From Candidatus Dojkabacteria bacterium (GTDB taxonomy: Bacteria > Patescibacteriota > Dojkabacteria > SC72 > JAFGCJ01): a stretch of DNA of 64,000 nt. Positions 58,970-64,000 of the stretch are shown here, piece after piece; position 1 is the stretch's first letter; each line of letters opens with the position of its first letter. Made by a program: the position numbers and the translations under genes. The notes beneath the pieces were generated by a model, which was given only the letters and a program-made list of their open reading frames with translations, had not been told where the DNA came from and searched no databases. The stretch is from NCBI GenBank assembly GCA_016932785.1, contig JAFGCJ010000002.1:465777-529776 (forward strand). The letters are read 5' to 3'.

Positions 58970-60212
58970 ACTTTCCGTACACCCATCCTTCTTTGTTGCT
59001 CGAGAATTTCACTTTGTACCAGTTCCCATTTCTTTCTATCTTTATAAGGATATCTCCAGGTATAACCTTCCCAACCTCTTTACAACTAAGCGCAGGACAT
59101 TCTCGTACATTTAGATACCCAGTTTCCGTATCCTTTATCTCTACCAGGTCATAATCTCCTTTTCCGACATTAAATTTCACCTCAAATTGAGTTCCTCCAA
59201 CCCAAGTATCAGGCAACACCAGCAGTTCAAATTTCTCGGAATATTCTCCGGCTATCAATGGAGTGTCAATTTCAAATTCAAACTCCGCTTCTTCCCCAGG
59301 GAGAACCCACTTTTCCTCAGACGTCACTACACGGCTAAAACTATCCCATTTGTCTGAAACGTATAGACCACTATCCCTGTTACGGGGATCGGAGGTAGCA
59401 ATATAGGCCGCATTACTTCCACTGTTATACCATGGAAAGTCCCCTTCATTCTTGATTTTCACTTTTACAGTAAAATTTTCACCCGAACCAATTTTTTCTG
59501 GAACTTCGACGCTCACAATGGAGCCCTTATATGTTAGATCTATATCCCTTTTGGTAACATTCCGCTTAACATCCATGACGGTATAGTTCCAATCTGTATC
59601 CCCAGTTTTATTAAGTATAAGCTTTGATAAAGAAACCTCTCCCTCGGGTTCGCTAACAGATAGATCAGCCGCTATAATTTTGCTGCTATCCAAATCGTAT
59701 ATACTCAACACCTCGGACAAGACATCTGATAATTTCTGTTTCCCCGAATTTGTCACCTCACGGTTATTATCAAAATAAACAACTACAACACAGTTATTCA
59801 GCGACTCATCGCTCGATTCCCAGTCTACTATTGGAAGTACATCGTAACCTCCTGCCTTTCCAACATAACTTTTTCCATCCCATGAAACAATATAGTTGAA
59901 CGGAATATCAGAAAATTTAAGCTTGGTTATTGAATAATAGAACAGCCCCCTAACCCATTCATTGGAATCGCCATATTGAACACCAGCAGGAGGAGATATT
60001 TTTGCTACCGCGATTTTCTCAGGCCGATTATATTCGTTCTGTTCCTGATCAGAGAGACTCGAATCATATGGAATCGCATCTCTGTCTATAATTTGTCCAG
60101 ACACCCGACCAGCAAAGCAAAGTGCCAAAAGCACGGGCAAGAAACAAACAACCAATTTTGATACTTTAGCAGAGTTACTGTACATATCCTTTCTATGTCC
60201 AGATTTAATCAA
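58953..60212 (-). CDS. secreted protein with a degenerate amidase-like region, an Ig-like domain and a C-terminal SH3b domain
   Basis: Signal peptide; 'FNYIVSWDGKSYVGKAGG'; 'ENFTVKVKIKNEGDFPW...AEFEFEI'; SH3b 'GYLNVRECPALSCKEVGKVIPGD...WYKV...GWVYGKYV'. Confidence 0.55.
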   Translation of the reverse strand: MIKSGHRKDMYSNSAKVSKLVVCFLPVLLALCFAGRVSGQIIDRDAIPYDSSLSDQEQNEYNRPEKIAVAKISPPAGVQYGDSNEWVRGLFYYSITKLKFSDIPFNYIVSWDGKSYVGKAGGYDVLPIVDWESSDESLNNCVVVVYFDNNREVTNSGKQKLSDVLSEVLSIYDLDSSKIIAADLSVSEPEGEVSLSKLILNKTGDTDWNYTVMDVKRNVTKRDIDLTYKGSIVSVEVPEKIGSGENFTVKVKIKNEGDFPWYNSGSNAAYIATSDPRNRDSGLYVSDKWDSFSRVVTSEEKWVLPGEEAEFEFEIDTPLIAGEYSEKFELLVLPDTWVGGTQFEVKFNVGKGDYDLVEIKDTETGYLNVRECPALSCKEVGKVIPGDILIKIERNGNWYKVKFSSNKEGWVYGKYVKDI

Positions 60213-61987
60213 ATATCTAAATCATCTATTACCGTCTTCTCCCACCTATTTCGTTTTTCAGACGAGTAAGATCGATACAATAAGTATATACCATACACTA
60301 TCATCAAAACAGCAACAGTGATTCCCGCAGCAGCTATCCTATTAATTGCAGTCTCAGGCAGATTGTCTAAAGTACCTTCTATAGAAGCATAAAGTCCACG
60401 AACAAAGCTCTCGGACGACCCAGCTCCTTCAGGCTCTATCATATCCAACGAAATTGAGACAGTCTCATCCTCAAGATCCCCAATCTTATATGTAACAGAT
60501 TCTTCATCTCCCTTTGAATAGCCTGTTATCTCTATATCATCCTCCGAAGAATAGTCATAATATCCCGAGTAATCCTGCTTGCGAATTCCACCTATGCTTA
60601 AAACCCACTTTCCCTCCTCATCGGTAACAGCAGAAACCTCTGACGACTCGCCATCATCGTTAGAAATCGTAGCAACTACTACTGAATCCCCAGCGCCCGT
60701 TCCAGTAACCTCTCCTAGAATAGAATCTAAACCGGGAGGAGAGTCCTGAGTTGCAGGAGTTGTTATCTGGTAAGGGTCACCATCATCATTGTATACCTCA
60801 GTACCAGAATGAATTTCGTAATAGTAAGTGGTCTCAGGAATTAGATTTTTAACAGAAATATGATGCATATAATAGCTACTTCGCGAAGAGACCCCGTCCC
60901 TGTCATCATTTGCTGTTTCCATGAGATTATCAGAAACTACACCATAGTTGACATATCCTTGCTCTTTGATAGAACTCTCCCATATCACAGCGAAGGAGTT
61001 CTCAGTAACGTTTGTTACTTTTATATTACTAATACCGGTTTCTGACGTAGATGAGCCCAATATTAGCGCGGTAAGAGGAATATCTCTGACATCCCTTGGG
61101 CCTTGCTCCTCCTCTTCCTCTTCTTCCTCCTCCTCTGGTTCCTCCTCAGACCCATCAGTATCGTCATCAGATGGAGTTTGATCATCATCATCACCAGCAT
61201 CAACCCCAGAAGAGTCGGCAAAAACATCAGTAATGCTGTAATCTAAATCCATAGTAATAGAAACCCCCTCTGATTCTCCCACAGAGGTCCTAAGCACAGC
61301 ACCACCCTTATCTCCCCCCTGTGCAAAAAATGTCAGTTCTGTAGAATCATCGTACTCAAACGCACTTGATAAAGAAGAATTTTGTACATGAGACAGATCA
61401 ATCTCAAAGTTCCCGGAGTCATTGGTTAATGCGGAAACAGGAGATGACTTTTCACCACTCTCGGCAAGAGTTACATAAACGATTGCACTCTGACTACCTC
61501 CATTTGTGATTGATCCATAAACTGGATCAGGAGTAGGTACCGATCCCGAACTAGCTGCCGCTGCCGTCTCAAAACTAAACGGATCACCCTCAGAATCCTT
61601 ATAACTCTTTGACCCTGATCCTATAACAAAAGCATAGGACATTTGGGACTCCAGATTTGATATTGTCACATAATGAGTTGTTCTCCTTTCTGTAGATCCT
61701 GAACTTTCATCCCTGTCATCCAGAGCAAGAGGAGAAGCATCATTTACATCTGAGCCAGCTTCGTATCTAACCCAGCCTTCAGTCTCAAGATCAGGAGTAA
61801 CCCAAGATATAACAACAGAACTTGAGGTAAGATCACTTATCCTTACATCTTCCGGCTTTGCCGTTGCAGTAGCTCCTGTTCTCCAATCTTGATACAAATA
61901 AACGGCAATCACACTTACTGGTATAAGAACAGCAAAAACAATTGCTGCAATTGTATATTGTTTCTTTCTTTTTGGAGATATATACAT
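60209..61987 (-). CDS. surface protein with two FN3-like modules, a poly-Glu linker and a C-terminal LPETA-TM-basic tail
   Basis: N-terminal TM; 'VRISDLTSSSVVISWVT...GWVRY' and 'IKVTNVTENSFAVIWES...GYVNY'; 'EEEPEEEEEEEEEEQ'; C-terminal 'LPETAINRIAAAGITVAVLMIVYGIYLLYRSYSSEKRNR'. Confidence 0.6.
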   Translation of the reverse strand: MYISPKRKKQYTIAAIVFAVLIPVSVIAVYLYQDWRTGATATAKPEDVRISDLTSSSVVISWVTPDLETEGWVRYEAGSDVNDASPLALDDRDESSGSTERRTTHYVTISNLESQMSYAFVIGSGSKSYKDSEGDPFSFETAAAASSGSVPTPDPVYGSITNGGSQSAIVYVTLAESGEKSSPVSALTNDSGNFEIDLSHVQNSSLSSAFEYDDSTELTFFAQGGDKGGAVLRTSVGESEGVSITMDLDYSITDVFADSSGVDAGDDDDQTPSDDDTDGSEEEPEEEEEEEEEEQGPRDVRDIPLTALILGSSTSETGISNIKVTNVTENSFAVIWESSIKEQGYVNYGVVSDNLMETANDDRDGVSSRSSYYMHHISVKNLIPETTYYYEIHSGTEVYNDDGDPYQITTPATQDSPPGLDSILGEVTGTGAGDSVVVATISNDDGESSEVSAVTDEEGKWVLSIGGIRKQDYSGYYDYSSEDDIEITGYSKGDEESVTYKIGDLEDETVSISLDMIEPEGAGSSESFVRGLYASIEGTLDNLPETAINRIAAAGITVAVLMIVYGIYLLYRSYSSEKRNRWEKTVIDDLDI

Positions 61988-62195
61988 TTATGCAAAGTAT
62001 AAACAGGTATTGACTATAGAGCAAGTACCCTCAGGCTATAGATATATTTTGAGCCTATATGAACCCAGGTCAATTTCCTGCTAAATCTAAAAAATGCTCT
62101 TTCTGTAACTCTCATTTCCTTCAGACACCTTGACATCATGTGTATCGTGGTGTATTTTTCGCCTAGTATTGAACTTAATTAAATATTAATAATAT

Positions 62196-62840
62196 ATGGC
62201 AAAAAAACAAAAAGGCAAGCAACAGGACAGCGAACCATCAGTTATTGAGCTTTCAGTCCCAGATAACTTTGGAGCATTTGCGACACCCATAGCAATAATT
62301 TTGAGCGCAGTAATTGTTTCTGCAGCGGTAATTTACGCCGGATCAAAACTTGATGGTTCCTCAAACACACTTGGTGCCGAAGACACAAGTAACAATTCTT
62401 CGGCAGACGACTCCGGAACCACCGGTGACAATACAGAAGAACCGGGAGAAATAGTTAGAGCCTATGAAACATTCACGGAATACGATACCGATATATGTAA
62501 AGATGATGGAAAGCCAATAGTTTACCTATTCTCAACAACTTGGTGTTCACACTGTCAATGGATCGCAGATACTTTTGATAAGTGGGCAAAAGATAACTCA
62601 GACAAGGTAAAAGCTTATCACTGGCAAATAGACACTGGTGACAATACACTTACAGATAAAGAGGAGACCGAAATTCCTCAGGAACATATGGACGTATATG
62701 AAAAGTTCAACCCGGGAGGATCAATTCCTACATTCGTATTCGGATGCAGATATTCAAGAATCGGTAATGGCTACGAATCAGAAGATGATCTAGATAAGGA
62801 AATTGATAGCTTCGATAAGGTCATTGACGAACTCATTTAG
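62196..62840 (+). CDS. membrane-anchored thioredoxin-fold thiol:disulfide oxidoreductase
   Basis: N-terminal TM and a CxxC active site in 'FSTTWCSHCQW'. Confidence 0.7.
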   Translation: MAKKQKGKQQDSEPSVIELSVPDNFGAFATPIAIILSAVIVSAAVIYAGSKLDGSSNTLGAEDTSNNSSADDSGTTGDNTEEPGEIVRAYETFTEYDTDICKDDGKPIVYLFSTTWCSHCQWIADTFDKWAKDNSDKVKAYHWQIDTGDNTLTDKEETEIPQEHMDVYEKFNPGGSIPTFVFGCRYSRIGNGYESEDDLDKEIDSFDKVIDELI

Positions 62841-62862
62841 ACCATTGGGATATAGCACGAAA

Positions 62863-62895
62863 TAAAAAATCCCGTCTCTTGACGGGATTTTTATT
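62863..62895. terminator. bidirectional Rho-independent terminator
   Basis: AAAAAATCCCGTC-TCTT-GACGGGATTTTTAT: 8-bp stem flanked by an A-run and a T-run, between convergent genes. Confidence 0.8.
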
Positions 62896-62915
62896 TACTT
62901 AGCTGAACTCAGGAT

Positions 62916-63155
62916 CTACTTATTCGAAAATTTCTTCTGTATATCCTTCTTTGCCTTCTCTATCTTCGGACCAATATCCTTTTTAAAATCTTCAAAGTCG
63001 TCTCCCAACTCTTCCGCTTTTTTCTTTATTATTTTCCTTGTTTCTTCACCTGACCTTGGGGCAAAAAGTAAAGCAACACCGGCACCAACAACACCCCCTA
63101 TTACAGCACCAGCAAGAAAAGAAGCTACTCCCATTGATCTGTTATCTCTAGACAT
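62916..63155 (-). CDS. YtxH-like small membrane/stress protein
   Basis: 'GAVIGGVVGAGVALLFAPRSGEETR', followed by a charged helix. Confidence 0.65.
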   Translation of the reverse strand: MSRDNRSMGVASFLAGAVIGGVVGAGVALLFAPRSGEETRKIIKKKAEELGDDFEDFKKDIGPKIEKAKKDIQKKFSNK

Positions 63156-63183
63156 TGTAAGTACATTAAAAAGTTAACTTTCA

Positions 63184-63519
63184 CTAATCAATTTCATCAT
63201 CGACTTCCTCACCACTGAATTTCGAGGTAAAGCCTTTTATCCTATTAAACAATGCACCAATGGCTGCTACAGGTTTCAAAATGGTTTCGGATATAGCATC
63301 TAATGTCGTACTTACTGTGTCAACAATTTTCTTACTCTTCTGAACGATCTCCTTAGCAGTATCCATAACATCGTGCATATCCATGAGCATAAACCGGAAT
63401 TCTCTGACGGTCATCATACTCTCTCTTAAAAGCATAGCAACATAAAAAAGAATAAGACCAAACATACCAGAAAGGCCTGCAATAATAAGCATCCAATACC
63501 AAGCCGGAATCTCTGACAT
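63184..63519 (-). CDS. DUF948-like membrane protein
   Basis: N-terminal TM plus a long helical region; commonly paired with YtxH-type genes. Confidence 0.5.
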   Translation of the reverse strand: MSEIPAWYWMLIIAGLSGMFGLILFYVAMLLRESMMTVREFRFMLMDMHDVMDTAKEIVQKSKKIVDTVSTTLDAISETILKPVAAIGALFNRIKGFTSKFSGEEVDDEID

Positions 63520-63626
63520 CGACTAAATAACCTCAATTTAACCTGCTAAAAGTATCGCACAAGTTTTCTCTTCAGTCAAACCTACATGTCGAAATTCAAT
63601 ATCTCAATACCCAAAAACAAAACTCC

Positions 63627-64000
63627 CTAAATCTCTTTCTCCAGAATTATCTCGTGATCATTAAAACCGTTCTTTTTGTAGAAACTGGTTGCTGCAAGAT
63701 TTCCTACCAAAGCTCCAACCTTAATTCTTTGTACCCCAATATCTTTTACATATGAAATGAATTCATTCAAAAGGGCTGTGCCTATACCCTTCCTTCTATA
63801 GAGTTTTTCTACAAACATGTTCTCAACCTCTGCCATTATCTGACTGGACCTACACGGATGGAAGAATTTCAATCCACAGATATATCCGACATGAACTTCT
63901 CCTACCCGTGCAAGAAGAACAACACCAGAATCCCCAGAAAGTCTGTTAATAAAATATTCCCGACCATATCTCGAGTTGGTCCACTTCATCGAATAACTAT
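63627..64000 (-). CDS. GNAT family N-acetyltransferase (probably 5'-truncated by the window edge)
   Basis: Acetyl-CoA motif 'RRKGIGTALL'. The frame stays open upstream of Met 63989 to the window end. Confidence 0.6.
   Translation of the reverse strand, partial: SYSMKWTNSRYGREYFINRLSGDSGVVLLARVGEVHVGYICGLKFFHPCRSSQIMAEVENMFVEKLYRRKGIGTALLNEFISYVKDIGVQRIKVGALVGNLAATSFYKKNGFNDHEIILEKEI

Noticed and set aside
61090-61140. CTC/TTC-rich simple repeat, considered as a microsatellite or repeat array.
   Set aside because: It is the in-frame poly-Glu linker of the 592-aa surface protein. There are no spacers or a repeat-unit architecture like CRISPR. No CRISPR array was seen anywhere in the window.

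Overview
This is a gene-dense, AT-rich window, roughly 35-40% GC by eye, with two visibly GC-richer islets. It comes from a small bacterial genome that uses the standard genetic code. It holds about 85 genes, most on the minus strand, and many overlap by 1-20 nt. Core content is the S10-spc-alpha ribosomal protein cluster with secY-adk-map-infA-rpmJ and rpoA (34.2-50.2 kb), followed by tuf and fusA (50.3-53.7 kb). Other housekeeping genes are thrS, lysS, glyQ/glyS, trmD, tgt, queA, fmt, rny-ymdB, hup, two greA paralogs, ppa, pcrA/uvrD and comM/yifB. RNA genes are an RNase P RNA absent from the ORF track (32.1-32.6 kb) and one tRNA-Glu(CUC). There are also many envelope proteins: sortase, L,D-transpeptidase, CAP-domain, G5/3D, M23, FN3, SH3b, DUF4352 and a TPR lipoprotein. 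The absence of L30, a catalytic-only ThrRS, archaeal-looking enzymes and lysine-rich ribosomal protein tails are consistent with a Candidate Phyla Radiation/Patescibacteria-type genome; this is inference, not proof. Main observations: (1) an 18-codon leader ORF ending in five Thr codons sits directly upstream of thrS, embedded in a terminator/antiterminator alternative-pairing structure (classical ribosome-mediated attenuation). (2) A second, roughly 300-nt terminator-containing leader lies upstream of a LysRS that is fused to a DUF2000/PTH2-like domain. (3) A four-gene, compositionally distinct envelope module is wedged between queA and tgt. (4) A sortase ORF has no canonical start codon, and a possible LPETA substrate lies elsewhere in the window. 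All protein calls were made by eye from motifs and operon context, because no database or covariance-model search could be run.
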